Shown in pieces: positions 1-13,620 of a stretch of 64,000 nt of DNA. Each line of letters opens with the position of its first letter. The stretch's first letter is position 1. Source of the DNA: Eledone cirrhosa. Taxonomy: Eukaryota. The position numbers were made by a program, and so were the translations under genes. The DNA is taken from the NCBI GenBank assembly GCA_964016885.1, contig OZ024747.1:57722001-57786000 (forward strand). Reading direction: 5' to 3'. The notes beneath the pieces are model-generated. The model had not been told where the DNA came from, ran no database searches, and saw only the letters and a list, made by a program, of their open reading frames with translations.

Positions 1-80
1 CTAAACCAGACAAAGAATCGATTAGTGACCTGACGAAGAATCAATCTGAAGTGAAACTCAAATGAACTTCAGAAAGTGTA

Positions 81-257
<177 letters not shown>

Positions 258-1088
258 GATAGATAGATAGATAAATAGATGGATAGATAAATAGATATAA
301 CTCTACAAGGTAGCAATATATATATATATATATATTAAAATAACAGATTAAAGTTTAAGCAAACATGTACATATATACATACAGACTGCTATATATATAT
401 TAATATAAATACGCATGGACATAAACACACACACGCGCACAGACACACACATACACACACACACACACACACGCACACACATACACATACACACACATAT
501 ATGATGACAGTATCAGATACATCAATGCGTTCATAAGGCAATATTCCACTCAAATTGGCTTCCTTTATCCAGTTTGATTCTTGCCCCCCCCCCCCCCACT
601 AAAGTGTGATTGGGCTTAACTTTAATATATATATGTAATTAAAATGACCAGCTGTCTGATATGGCACTGGTTAGGCGGAATCACCTGGCCACTGTCGTTA
701 TTGAAATATGTATCAGAGTCTTATCAAGAGACCTTAACCTCTGAAACTACTTCTTATTTTCTTATTCTAAATATACTCCGTCATTCCTATGTGGATCAAG
801 TACGTTGAGTGCTTTAATTGAACTACATCAATATTTACTGTAAGTATATATATGTGTGTGTGTGTGTGTGAGACGTTTCTTTGCATATTAGTTAAAGACT
901 TGGATTCACACCGAATGATGCTTTCCATCCTTGAGTAAGGCGCTCTATTTCAGGCTTGGAGAAGGGAGTCTGTTATGTATGGAGGACAGTTGATATTCAA
1001 CAAAAACGACTTGCCCAGGATAGTGGCTGGACGGGGAAGTTCTAAATGCAAAACCAATGGTCATTCTTGACCAAAGGTGGTCTTTACG

Positions 1089-1124
<36 letters not shown>

Positions 1125-1253
1125 GCATATATATATATCTGAAAGATACGTGTCCCTCGACAGCTGAAATCTTACCCTTTCAGTATCTAGTAATGTGATC
1201 TATCAGGGTTTTACTGCATTAATTCTGATATATATATATATATATATATATAG

Positions 1254-1435
1254 CAACAAGTAAGACCCCGACGGCTGAGCTCAAGCCGTTTCAACGGCTA
1301 ATTCTAATTAGCCGTCGAAACGGCTTGAGCTCAGCCGTCGGGGTCTTACTTGTTCCTATTACCCACTCTACTACCCTAAGTATTGAGTACTTTGGTGCGT
1401 TATGGTCCACCTGGTTCCTTACCACATTTCCTTCG

Positions 1436-1437
<2 letters not shown>
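1254..1437 (+). mobile_element. Short fold-back PLE-type terminal fragment (same family as 18875-19456)
   Basis: Palindrome centred near 1302 containing GAAACGGCTTGAGCTCAGCCGTCGGGG; 3' tail nearly identical to 19325-19456; TA tracts on both sides; truncated before the hammerhead core. Confidence 0.75.
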
Positions 1438-1495
<58 letters not shown>

Positions 1496-1715
1496 GGCTT
1501 CTATAAGACCAGAACTGTTTTATTGAAAAGTGTGACTATATGACATAAGACACAAATGTCTTCACAATCCACTTGAGACATGTTATCTAACCTAGAGAGT
1601 TCTAAACACTTAATCTTTACAAAGTTCATGACATCCTATAACATATGTATATATATTGAGAAAGCACAACATTCTAAGATATTTCATATCTTTTGATTCA
1701 TTATACTTGTGTGTA

Positions 1716-1789
<74 letters not shown>

Positions 1790-1874
1790 TTTACATATAT
1801 AAATCTGTATTTTTTTCATATCTGCACACTCACACACACACTCTCACTCACACACACACACACGCACACACACA

Positions 1875-1923
<49 letters not shown>

Positions 1924-1948
1924 CCCCCCCCACACACGCACATACACC

Positions 1949-2001
<53 letters not shown>

Positions 2002-2359
2002 TAATACGAATATATCACAAATGGTTCTTCCAGAGATGTGACGAATCTGCGAATCTGGAAAATTCAAATGAAACCTCATAAATCCAATTATTGTATTGTA
2101 AATCTGTGAGAAGACACGTTCTATGAAACCACACAACATGTTGTTGCAATGATGAAATTAGAAGAGAAAAGCCGAGATTCATCTCTCTACTTGTCGTCCA
2201 TGCTAGAGAAATTGAATCAGTTAATCATATTGTCCTTACATCCCGCTGTCGTTAAACGTGAGGAGAATAACAGAACAATGAAGACATCATATCATCTGTG
2301 AAAATGTGGTTTTATGACCTGTGGCATCTGTAATCCGTAAGTCTGAGCGTAAGCAATGG

Positions 2360-2393
<34 letters not shown>

Positions 2394-2397
2394 GTTG

Positions 2398-2450
<53 letters not shown>

Positions 2451-2452
2451 CT

Positions 2453-2502
<50 letters not shown>

Positions 2503-2504
2503 GC

Positions 2505-2939
2505 GGCGATGAATTAGTTTACTATACACACTAGTCACACAGCACACATAACACTATACACACACGCAAACGCATGCGCAAAGAAGACAAAATAAAATAA
2601 AATAAACAAACAAGCAAATAAATAAATATATAGACAGACTGAATAAAAAAGGGCGTAGACATACAACACAACAGGAGGAACAAAGAATATAACACCACTG
2701 ACGATGTTGCAGATGTGCAACGAAAGATTTATGTAAATTATGTAAACTATATATATGTGTTTGTGTCTATTTTGTGTCTGTATTATTTTTGACCGTCAGT
2801 CAGTCAATGGCAACATTGAGGACCGATTAAGTTAGATCGCAGATATAAAAGACAGCGAGAAGCGAAAACCAACCAAACAGTGAGTGTGTTCTGTTATTAA
2901 TTCTGGCAATATTACGCAAATATGACCCTCCTCAAGTAT

Positions 2940-3017
<78 letters not shown>

Positions 3018-3470
3018 CGTTTCTGAATTTGTTTAGCAAGATTCTTTATCTGAAAACGTGTGTTGAAACCGATATTGTTATACTTTGGGAGAGTCATGTT
3101 GCCAATAAGAAACACACGCACCACTGCTTTCACTCCAATTTATTATAAATTAAATTTATAAATTTAAGAATTTATAAATTTCCCGTTGGTTGGTTCCACA
3201 GCCGGACGGTTGTTCATATATTGTCAAAGTTCTTTCGTCACATATTCTGTGACCTCTTCAGTGACTGGGGATTCTTTTCTTTGTTTTTGTGCCTCTCCTT
3301 TGTTCTGTCCTACGCCATCTTGTTTTTGTGTGTGCCGTGTGCTTAGTTTAGGATGTGTTAGATCCGGCTGTCTCTGTGTGTTTATATTTGTTTATTTATT
3401 TTTTATTTACATGTTACTGGTTGGTTGTTTGTTCTATGTTTGTGTGTATTTTCATTTTGTCCTTAATTGT
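2505..3470. mobile_element. Two PLE-type terminal-repeat fragments separated by a TA tract (families recurring at 30157-30610, 37140-37570, 52490-52655, 59208-59345)
   Basis: Dispersed similarity (e.g. ttgttatactttgggagggtcat; aagaatcttgctaaacaaattca), TA-flanked, hammerhead-like motifs at ~2695-2735 (+) and 3223-3265 (-). Confidence 0.65.
3223..3265 (-). ncRNA. Minimal type-I hammerhead ribozyme-like motif
   Basis: GUCA-CUGAAGA-G-GUCACA[GAAUA]UGUGAC-GAAAG-AA-CUU^UGAC; 4-bp stem I, 6-bp stem II, extra nucleotide after A9. Confidence 0.65.
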
Positions 3471-3897
3471 AATATATATATATGTATACATATATATGTG
3501 TGTGTGTATACATATATATATATATGTATACACATATATAGATATGTATATATATATATATATGAAAAATATGGGGAGAAGAATACTGCATGGTTGCACA
3601 TGGATTACATGTTATAAAATGAGTCCCTCATCAGTGATTTGCCAACGATCATTGGTATTTCATCGCATTAAAAATCATATACCTCACGTTGGTGCGACAA
3701 TAACTAAAATAAGTTATTAGGACAATTGAAACGCGTAAAGCGAGTGAGACAAGTAAACAACACAGAGGAAAGCTAACCGAAGATGGAAAGAAACACAAGC
3801 AACATGGTTATTCTGTCAGCATAAACTGGGTGAATACATATATATATACATATACATATACATATATACTGTGTGTATACATATATATATATACACA

Positions 3898-3928
<31 letters not shown>

Positions 3929-4076
3929 GTATATATATATGTATACATATATATATGTATATATTTAAGTATACATATATATATATGTATATATATATAT
4001 GTATACATATATATATATGTATATATATATGTATACATATCGACAGCAATATTATTCAAAGACACACACAAACCTA

Positions 4077-4156
<80 letters not shown>

Positions 4157-4159
<3 letters not shown>

Positions 4160-4825
4160 GGAAAAAATGAAACGAAATTTCATTTCCCACTCTTAGTACG
4201 GCTGTTACTTAAATATAAATATGTACACGTACATACATATATGTATACATACGTACAGTAGTATGTATATATATATATATACATACATGCACACATATAT
4301 ATATATATGTACGTATGGATTCACCGAACATTTATTATAATGCTCGGTGTGTTTGTAAACAAACATCCCGTATTAAGCTGTAGTGTCCAGCAACCATCGT
4401 TGCTCGTTTGTTCAACACTGACAAAGGAACGCTGTACTAGTTTCAAACTTATTAGCTATCATCAGCAACGTATACCTTCCTGCCAGATTGTTGCACGTAT
4501 ATACTTACCTTATGCATATTAACGGCTGAGTAGCCCAATTTGCATATCGAGTGGGTTAATCGGCCGGGTGCACCGAAAACGATAATCGAAAAAAATGAAA
4601 CGAAATTTCATTTTCCACTCTTAGTACGGCTGTTACTTAAATATAAGTATGTACACGTACATACATATATGTATACAGACGTACAGGAGTATGTATATAT
4701 ATATACATACATGCACACATATATATGTACGTATGGATTCACCGAACATTTATTATAATGCTCGATGTGTTTGTAAACAAACATCCCGTATTAAGCTGTA
4801 GTGTCCAGCAACCATCGTTGCTCAG
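4157..4825 (-). mobile_element. Partial head-to-tail tandem (~430 bp period) containing one hammerhead
   Basis: 4160-4405 is repeated at 4590-4825; the terminus is also seen at 35640-35692; hammerhead at 4430-4470. Confidence 0.7.
4430..4470 (-). ncRNA. Minimal type-I hammerhead ribozyme
   Basis: CGUUG-CUGAUGA-U-AGCU[AAUA]AGUU-U-GAAAC-UA-GUA^CAGCG; 5-bp stem I, palindromic ACUAGU stem III. Confidence 0.8.
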
Positions 4826-5494
4826 TAAATTTTAGGATAGAGTTTTAGGAAAAAAACATTGTTCTCTATGTACTGTTGCTTCAATCTCATAAAATGCATA
4901 AGATTGCGTCCTTTTAATTACACCTGTAATTTGTCTTGCTTCAGATTTTGCTATCAATCTCATAAAATACATAAGATTGCGTCCTTTTAATTACACCTGT
5001 AATTTGTCTTCCCTAACTTGTAAACCGTTTCTCTTCAGTTCGCCCCCTCAGTTGAAACTGTAACGGTTTGTACGTTGGATCACGGTAAAATATTTCTTAG
5101 CGTCAATCTCTTGCTATGTTTATCTACCTTATTTCATTCACTATGCTACTAAATCTTGCTTCCTTGTTATTTTCATCAGTATTACACTTTTCTTTGGCTT
5201 CCACTGTCCCTGCTTCAGCTTCTCGCACATCCACTTGAATATTATTTACTAACACGTTTTCTAAAGGGTTTCCGCAAGTCTCCTACTTTTTTTTATCATG
5301 GTAGCGCCTGACTATAACATTTACAGATGACTGCTTTTGAAATATATACACAATTCCAACTCACTACTATATAAAGACATGTTAAATTCCTTCCTCCACG
5401 ATTGAGTTCTCTGCAGCTCTCAACATATTTAAACAGCTACAGAATATATATATATTTTATTTATTTATTTATTATTACTATATATATATATATG

Positions 5495-5584
<90 letters not shown>

Positions 5585-5989
5585 CTATATGTGTGTGTGT
5601 GTGTGCGCGTGATTCTGTTTTTATGTTTAATCAGGAATCCTTGTATATATCACATTAATGTTTTTTTTTATACTCGGGATGCATGTCTGTGTGTCTCATA
5701 TGTATGATACAAATTCAATGTGAAAGATAAGAAAAGGAATAACATAGAAAATTGATGCTTTGATATTAAATCTCATTTCCTGAGGTAAAAATTTGAACAT
5801 CTTACACACAAAGGGTCTTCCTAGATTCTTTAGAAATATTGGGAAATTTATCAAAGTGATGTGATGTAATAACAAATTATTTGCATTCAAACGACAAAAA
5901 AGAAATAGAAATAAGCAGTTTGTTATATTTTGGTTTTTATATAATGTTTTACGTTATTTTTCTTCGTATATTTGATAAATGGACATAAA

Positions 5990-7655
5990 GTATTATTATT
6001 ATTGTTCTTTGAGTCTCAGTCATTATTGTTATTTTACTGGAAAGTTTGTTGAAATGAATATCAAGCCGCTACCTGCAGCCTCAGATATTCAGGATGTATC
6101 GGTGGGTTCTTGCTGTTCCCAGCAAGCATGCCTTTTGAAGTGTTCCAAAAAGCGGGGCTGGACTAATCTTCATTAACCATCCTTGGAAACTCTTTGAGAT
6201 AGTACCTAGTGCGCCTATGACAATCGGGAAGACCTTGACTTCATGGCAGTTCCAAATCTTTTTTAACTCCCACTTTAAGTCTTTGTATCGTGTCAAATCC
6301 GCAGGCTACATCTACAATTAGGCACGATCTTTTTTCCTTGCCCAAAACCACCAGGTCAGGCCTATTGTGTTCTAATTTCTTATCCGTCTGTATCCTAAAA
6401 TCCCACAGCACCTCCACCTGATCGTTTTCAATTACCGACTCTGGCTTATGCTCATACCACTTCTCAGAATGCGGTAAATTGTTTACTTTGCATAGATGCC
6501 AGTGGATCACCCTGCCTATCACATTATGTCTCCAGCTTTTATAGTGAGTCTGGGCTAGGTGTTTACACTCGGATACAATGTGAGACACAGTCCCCCCTCT
6601 CTATCTTCACAGATCCTACACAGTGAGCTAGCCTCCTCCTTGTCAATATGGTGTTTCACCCACTTCGTTCTGAGGGCTTGCTCTTGCGCAGCCATTAGCA
6701 TTCCTTCTGTAGCCTTTTTTTAAGGTCTCCTCTTTTTAACCAGTTTCATATCTGTGGATCTCTAAATTCAGTTTTCCTAAAGAAGGTACTATGAAGGGAT
6801 TTTTCATGAAGGTTGCTCCTCCTCCTTGTTGTTATTTCCTCCTTTGCATATCCCCTGGTCTATTGTCTTCTCCTTCAGTACAATTTTTAGCATTGACTCC
6901 CTACTGTCAGTCATGTATTTGTGCAGGTTATTTTTCTCCATCTGAACACAGTCCTCTATGCTGATAAGACCTCTTTAAGTAGAGTCTATCGACTACACTC
7001 CTCTTGTGGAACATGTTATAGATAGTCAATAGCTTCCTAGTCTTCCTATCCATTTCTTTTTGTTCAGCAACATTCCATTTCAGAATTCCGGCACTGTACC
7101 TAATAATAAACACAGTTCGGGAATTCACTGCACTTATGACAATCCTACTATTTAGATGTGGTTTTAATACGCTCCTTACTCTCCTAATGTACTCAAATCT
7201 TATCAATTCCTTCATTCTTTGTTCTTGGTGTCATCTGCCTCCAGAACACCTAAATATTTGTATCCTTCTTCAGTGTCAATTTCCTTTATCATCCCACCTG
7301 TTGCTTTTCCTTTATCATCCTACCTGGATTCCGTTGCTTCTGCTCAATTTACCCCTCTTCATCACTAGGACTCCACACTTATTAATACCAAATTCTATAC
7401 ATATATCATTGCTGAAAATACGGACACTGTCAACAAGTACATCCAACTCCTTCTCACTCTTCCCAAAGAGTTTAAGATCGTCCATGTAGAGGAGCTGGTT
7501 GATGGTAAGCTCTCGCTTTCCCAACTTGTATCCTGCTCTCACTTTTCGCAGTAAAATGGTCAGGGGTATCAGGACAAGGACAAACAGCAGAGGGACAAAC
7601 TATCTCCCTGGAAGATGCCTCTCATGATCTTCACGCCTCCCAAGGATTCTCCATA

Positions 7656-7656
<1 letters not shown>
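5990..7656 (-). mobile_element. 5'-truncated, frameshifted R4/Dong-clade non-LTR retrotransposon (RT C-terminus + restriction-like endonuclease)
   Basis: ORF fragments YMDDLKLF, FGINKC, HIVSEC..RHN, RPDLVV..LIVDVAC, PIVIGALG; bounded by TAA/TTA repeats. Confidence 0.88.

Positions 7657-7707
<51 letters not shown>
7657..7707. repeat. (TTA)n/(TAA)n microsatellite between the two Dong-like LINEs
   Basis: Perfect trinucleotide run. Confidence 0.98.
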
Positions 7708-7709
<2 letters not shown>

Positions 7710-10700
7710 AACTGCATTTATCTTGCTTTATGTTCATACGAGTTATCACCAAGTCACAACCAGTGACCTCAAGAGACAACAAGGTCCGCCATGTTCAAGA
7801 AAGAACATACATACACACACATGCATCTTTAGGTGTTTAGACTTGTGGTGTACTTATATTGACAGAATCTTCCTTAGTATATGGGCAGTTCCCATTAGTA
7901 CTATCTTTTGTATTTCTCCTATACGCGGGTTTCCTGGGATTTGCTATAAGTAATCATAAGACCTCTAAGGTATCATTCCTAGAGCGCCTACAACCATTGG
8001 TATTGTTTTAGTTCTCAATTTCCACATTTTTCATCTATTTTTCGGTCTGCTTGGATGCTAAAGTTCCACAAGATTGAGGTATGATCTTTTTCAAGTATGG
8101 GAGGTGGTTGATGCTCCCACCAATTCTTTTGATGGGGCAGGTCAAAATGCTTACACATTATCCAATGTATGTATTGTGCAGCTCTGTCATGCCTGTTTAG
8201 GTATTCGGTTGGAGCTATAGGACTGCACATTGAAATTATATGATCGATGGTCACGGCATAATGGGCTGCATCCATTTTTTATTATGTTGGCTTGGTAATT
8301 GTTTGTTGGCAGACACTGATCTTGTGCTGATATAATCAGTCCTTCAGTCTCCGATTTCAGTCCAGAGGATGCCAACCACTGATGGGTTAAAGTTTTGTCA
8401 ACATCAGGATTGTTAGCTCGTTCTGGGTATTTTCCATACAGAGGCTTTTCTTGCCATTTCTTAGCCAGTTTCTGTAGCAGTTCTTTCTTTGCAGTTACTT
8501 TTACCTGCTTTGCTTTTTCTGTGCTTTCCATTTCAGCAGTAAATGGGACTTCTGAAATTTGTAGTCCATTACTGTATCTTTGTGCATCTTTTGTAATGGA
8601 GTATGATCTTTTGATGCTTTCGTGTTTCAAAACGAGTTTGATCATCCAATCATGTGATTCCCTTAGATATGTAGATAATCCAATTGTTGCAGTTTACAAC
8701 GCAATATCTAACTGGATTACCCCACGTCCTCCTTCTTTCCTAGGGAGATATATTCTATCTATATCTGCCTTAGGGTGATGCATTCTGTGCATGGTTAAGA
8801 ATTTTCTAATTTTTGTATCGAGCCTACGGATCTCTGTGCTTGACCAGTTGATGACATTGTAACTGTAGGTTACTACTGGTATGGCAAGCGTGTTTATGGC
8901 ATCGATCCTATTCCTTGCATTCAATTCCGTTCTTAAGATTGCTCTTACTCTGTGGTAACATTCCTTTTCCTTATCCTTTCCCTCATTGTCGAGTGCTTGA
9001 TTCCGTCTCCTTCACAAACACCTAGATATTTGTAAGTTTTTTCTTGATCAAGTTCTCTTATCACATTTCCCCGATCAAGATTAATGTCTGAACTTTTCAG
9101 CAGCTTTGCCCTGGTGAACGTTGCTTTGGCGCATTTATCTAGTCCAAACTCCATTTTAATGTCATCACTGAACTGCTCCACAGTGGATAATAGCCCTTGC
9201 AATTGTTCATCATTCTTTGCAAATAGTTTCAGGTCATCCATGTAGAACAAGTGGTTAATGGTTTTGTCATAGACTTTATATCCATGTTCTGTTTCATTGA
9301 GCATTTTACTTAATGGTATAAGTGCGATGCAGAATAAGAGCGGTTATAAAGAGTCACCCTGAAAAATTCCACAATTAATATTAACTTCTCCAGCTTCCAG
9401 TGATTCCTTTTCACTATTCAAAAGGGATGTCGTTTTCCATGTCTTCAAACTGAATGACAATAACCTCCTGACAACGGGAGATATTTTGAAAATCTCTAAA
9501 CATTGTTCAATCCAACTGTGTGGCAAACTATCAAATGCTTTTTTATAATCTATCCAAGCAATTGATAGAATTTTGTGTCTATTATGACAATCTTCCAGTA
9601 TCATTTTGTTAACGAAAAGCTGATCCTTACAGCCATATGAGCCTCGTTTACACCCTTTCTGCTCATTGGGAAATAGGTCCTTTGTTATCAGGTGGTCATA
9701 TGTATATTCAGTTAGGACTGATGTTAACATTTTATACATTGTTGTCAAGCAAGTTATCGGTCTGTAAATTTTGTGATTGTTTGTCTTATCATTCTTCGGA
9801 AGCAGGAATGTAAATCCGTTAACTAGCCATGATGGTATCTTTTCTGGCTCCTTAACTATTTCATTGTAAAGTTGGGCTAACAGCTCATGAGACTCTGTGA
9901 AGGCATTTATCCAAAAATTTGGTATTTTGTCTTTTCCTGGGGATTTCCATTTGCTGGTTTTTCTAAGAGCCAAACGCAACTGTTCAACTACTATATTTTC
10001 CCATATTTGTTCCTCAAGGTATCTTTCATTTGTCTGTCTATCCATGGGGCATGTATATTATGAACTTTTTCTGCGGCCCAGATCTTTTCCCAGAATTCTT
10101 ATACTTCCTCCTTGGGTGGTATTGATTTCGCAGTTATTGTTGACTTGCCAATTTTTCTGTAGAAGTTTATTTGGTTGTTTTTGAACATATTATTGTCCTT
10201 ATAGAATCTAGATCGTTTTTCAACGCGCCTTATACGAGCAGCTTTGGCCGACACTTTTTGCTTGATTATTTCTATCAGCATGTCTATGTCACTTGTTGAT
10301 TTTATACTGTATTTTCTTTTCAATTTTCTAAGTTTAGTTTCTTTAACATGTTCACCTACTTTGTAGTTTGTTAAAATTTCTATGTCAGATTGGAAAAGGT
10401 TTATTTGGCGATTGATGTTCTCTTGTAGGAATTCCTTTGTTTTTTTCATTTTCACTTCACATAAGTGAGTGGTGACTTTAGCCGATGCATAATAGAGATG
10501 ATTTGAATCAGTAATGTTTAGTTTGTTTGTGATGAGAATGTTTTTGAGAATTATGTTAGTCTTGTGTATTATCTTTTAGTTCTGTTTGGAGTTCTGAATC
10601 TTAGGGAGGGTGTCTCGTTCCCCCATATCAAATTCTTTCATTTTCATCCATTCGATCATAATTTCATCCTTCAAGTTGGCAAGTTCATTCTGATTCATTT

Positions 10701-11490
10701 CTTTACCATTTACGATCTCATTGTTTTCATTTTCAGTTTCATCTTGAGCATGCACTCCCTCCACTTTTTCGATCTTTCCTTTAATTTGTTCTGTTGTCAG
10801 TGATTCCGCCCCAACCCTGGGATTCGAAGTGTTACAATTTACCTCGTTTTCACTGACACATGTTTCATTTTCCATTCGCTGACTTTGTGCTAATAGCTTG
10901 ATCTGAACAATTTCTATATCAGTTAGTAACTTTTTTTAACAATATTTCTTCGTATATTGGCTAGTTTGCTACTGTCAATATAGTCTCTGTTTTCGGGATG
11001 TTTCTTTTTTCTGTTGATATATGTCTATTCTGTATTCGATATATTTAATGGGTAGTACATGGCAGTGTAGAAAGCCTCAAGGACTTCTTTATTGTCTTCC
11101 CTTGACCATTTTTCTCTCTTTTTCTTTGGATTTCTTGGTTGTGAGAGGCATGGAGGGCCAACAGTAGGAGTATTCCGGTTATGGGAGGTCTCCAGCTCCG
11201 ATGTGATGGGAAGGTTTGAACCATTAGCTGATTTTTCGACCCTAGTCTGGTTCCTCTCTGAGGGACGCGACCTTATTTGACCCGGGTGACGGCCGATCCG
11301 GTATGGGATTTTATCATTTGACATTTACTTTATTTTGTCGCGTTTTATCCTTAACCGCCAGGGGGTAATCATTTCGTGTTACCACTTCTAGGACGAGTGT
11401 CAACCAAGACTAGAGGGGGCGTCCTCCTCTAGAGACACGGCTATTCCCCGCCCGCCGGCCACCATCCCGGTATTTCTTGGTCACGCGGTT
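7708..11490 (-). mobile_element. Near full-length but disrupted R4/Dong-clade non-LTR retrotransposon
   Basis: Consecutive ORF pieces from 11324 downward: KWSREDN N-terminal motif, KSPGKD, YRPITCL, EQKG, WIDYKKAFDS, GIFQGDSL, YMDDLKLF, HIISMC..YLNRHD, then an endonuclease-like end; GC-rich 5' UTR. Confidence 0.92.
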
Positions 11491-11499
11491 TTATTATTA

Positions 11500-13193
11500 C
11501 TGGATTGTGTAAATATAACAAGATACTCAGTTGTGTGTATAAATTTTATTTAACAAGGTTGAGCTATGTAGAGCAGAATAGTTGACATGCCAAGAGTTGA
11601 TGAAATGATGGATTAAAGTTAGTTGTATTACCGTTTTGAAGTCATCTCGCAAGAGACCAAGTGGTCTTTACATTACCATGTTCAGGTTGCCAGAGAGTAT
11701 AGCGTCAGCGAACACGCCTGGTCGAAGACGCCTGGCCGAAGGGCCAGGTAGGTTAGAAGAGAGGGAGTGAACTGAAAGCTCTCTCCTTTATAGGGTCCCA
11801 GGACGGAAGTGACAAATAAGGTTCTGTCACCTCAACGGAAAGTAACTCCAGCTACTTCCTGTCTAGAGAGCGCTACTGGTGATAAGGGAGGGAACTCTTG
11901 CTACATTACCTCTCGCCATATTTTTAAAACATAAATATCGCATCAACCATGTATGAAGTAAGATGGCGAGCATAACACCAAAATCCAGGCATGAAAATAA
12001 ATAAAAAAATAATGTTTGCAATAAAAGCAAAACAGCAAAATATAAGCATGCAAAAATCAATGATAGATATCAAGGTAACCAACCGCTCTTTGCCAGAGAA
12101 CGACTGGACATCTATCTATCCATCACACAAAGATTCAATGTAATCAATCCAAAAGAAGACGTCAAAGGAGCAAAGAAACGTGCTCGAACATAGTCATTAA
12201 CAAAATGTTCAAATGTTCAAAATACAGTGCACAGGTGACAGCAGGAAAGAAAGTGTGTTCCAGAGAATGTATGCAGGTGGTTTCTGGACTGTGGTACAAC
12301 GTGAAATTCCCAACCTCCGAAGAGATTTTTTCACAGGAAGAGTGCTGCAAAAATAAATTCTCTGTCTTGTTCTGCTGGTTTTGGTTGTTGATGAAGCTGT
12401 GTTGTTGTTGTTGATGCTGTCTCGCAGAGTGAGATCACTCTTTCAAAGTTGTTTCAAATCACAGTAAAAAGTTTCCCAGAAAAAATGAGTTGTTGTCTCG
12501 CAGAGTGAGCCTATTCAATGTTGTTTCCGTTCACAGAAAAGTTTCCCCAAATATCCATTAAGTTGCCGCAAGCAAAAGAAGTTCAGTCGCAGTACAAGAA
12601 ATAGCAGCTAAAATCCAAAAGTTAGAATATGTGGAACAAGCCAGCAGATATCAGACAAGATGGCGTGGCATTTCTTCTCCAAATTGAGAATATGGTCGCG
12701 TGACGAGGCTAAGGCAATCAAATGGCCGCATTTTAAGAAGAAAGACAATGTGCGGGAATGTTAGCTGGCCAGTCAAGTTGAATGATAGTGCAACAGGTCG
12801 TGGGCAGCCATTTTGAAAAATTTGTGTGTGAACGTGATAATATGATGAAAAAGAAGGAAAGGCTTTGTATATGGCGAGAGTTCAATTTTTTTTTTTCTGA
12901 AAGTGATGAAAAAGTAGCGACATTTAAACGATGTAAACACGTGAGGTGAAAAGCGTAATTTTGTCTTGTTTGTTTGCTGCTGAGAAAAAGATTACTTCTA
13001 TTTTTCGTTTTAGACAAAATCCACGTGGAATGTTGTTAGAGGAATTTTTTCTTTTTTGAAATACTGCTAATTAATTTTCTTTATTTTTGTTTTCATTCAC
13101 ACAAAACTAGATCCTATTATTTTTTTCTCGGAGTCACCACTTATAACAGAAACACTGGGTTGTATGAATATAACAGGAACACTCTGTTGATTG

Positions 13194-13195
<2 letters not shown>
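11500..13195 (-). mobile_element. Probable degenerate non-coding LTR-type element (5' LTR remnant, PBS, PPT, ~400 bp 3' LTR)
   Basis: Diverged direct repeat 11500-11541 vs 13154-13196; on the - strand TGGTGACTCCGA (13128-13139), purine tract GGCGAGAGGTAA followed by TGTAG at 11905, TATATAAG near 11790, AATAAA near 11548. Confidence 0.45.
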
Positions 13196-13240
<45 letters not shown>

Positions 13241-13277
13241 TAATAATAATAATAATGATTATTATTATTATTATAAA
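13194..13277. repeat. (TAA)n followed by (TTA)n microsatellite
   Basis: Direct reading. Confidence 0.97.
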
Positions 13278-13401
13278 TCATATCCTTGACCTCCACCTTC
13301 TCCTCCTCATCATCATTGTTACCTCATCTTCTCCTCCTCTCTTTCTCCTCCCATCTTTCTCTTCCTCTTTTCCACCCTCTTCATTATTATTGTTATCACT
13401 A

Positions 13402-13620
13402 GGGTGTTGCCTCGACACTGTTGACAGAGCATTTGACAAAATGGTTTCAAGCATTCAGTTTCGATACTTTACGTTCTATGTTCAAATCCCGGTGAACTTT
13501 GCCTTTCATCTATTCGGTGTCAATAAAATAAAGAACCAGTTAAATACTGAGGTGTATATAATCAACTTTACGCTTCCCCGAAATTACTGGCCTTGTTTAT
13601 AATGTAGAAATCACAATTAT
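13402..13620 (+). mobile_element. Diverged copy of the abundant tRNA-derived SINE
   Basis: gttcaaatcc B-box, aactttgcctttcatc core, tggccttg tail. Confidence 0.7.

Noticed and set aside
650-720. CTGATAT...GAAAT[ATGT]ATC hammerhead-like remnant
   Set aside because: Core is broken and stem I is mismatched
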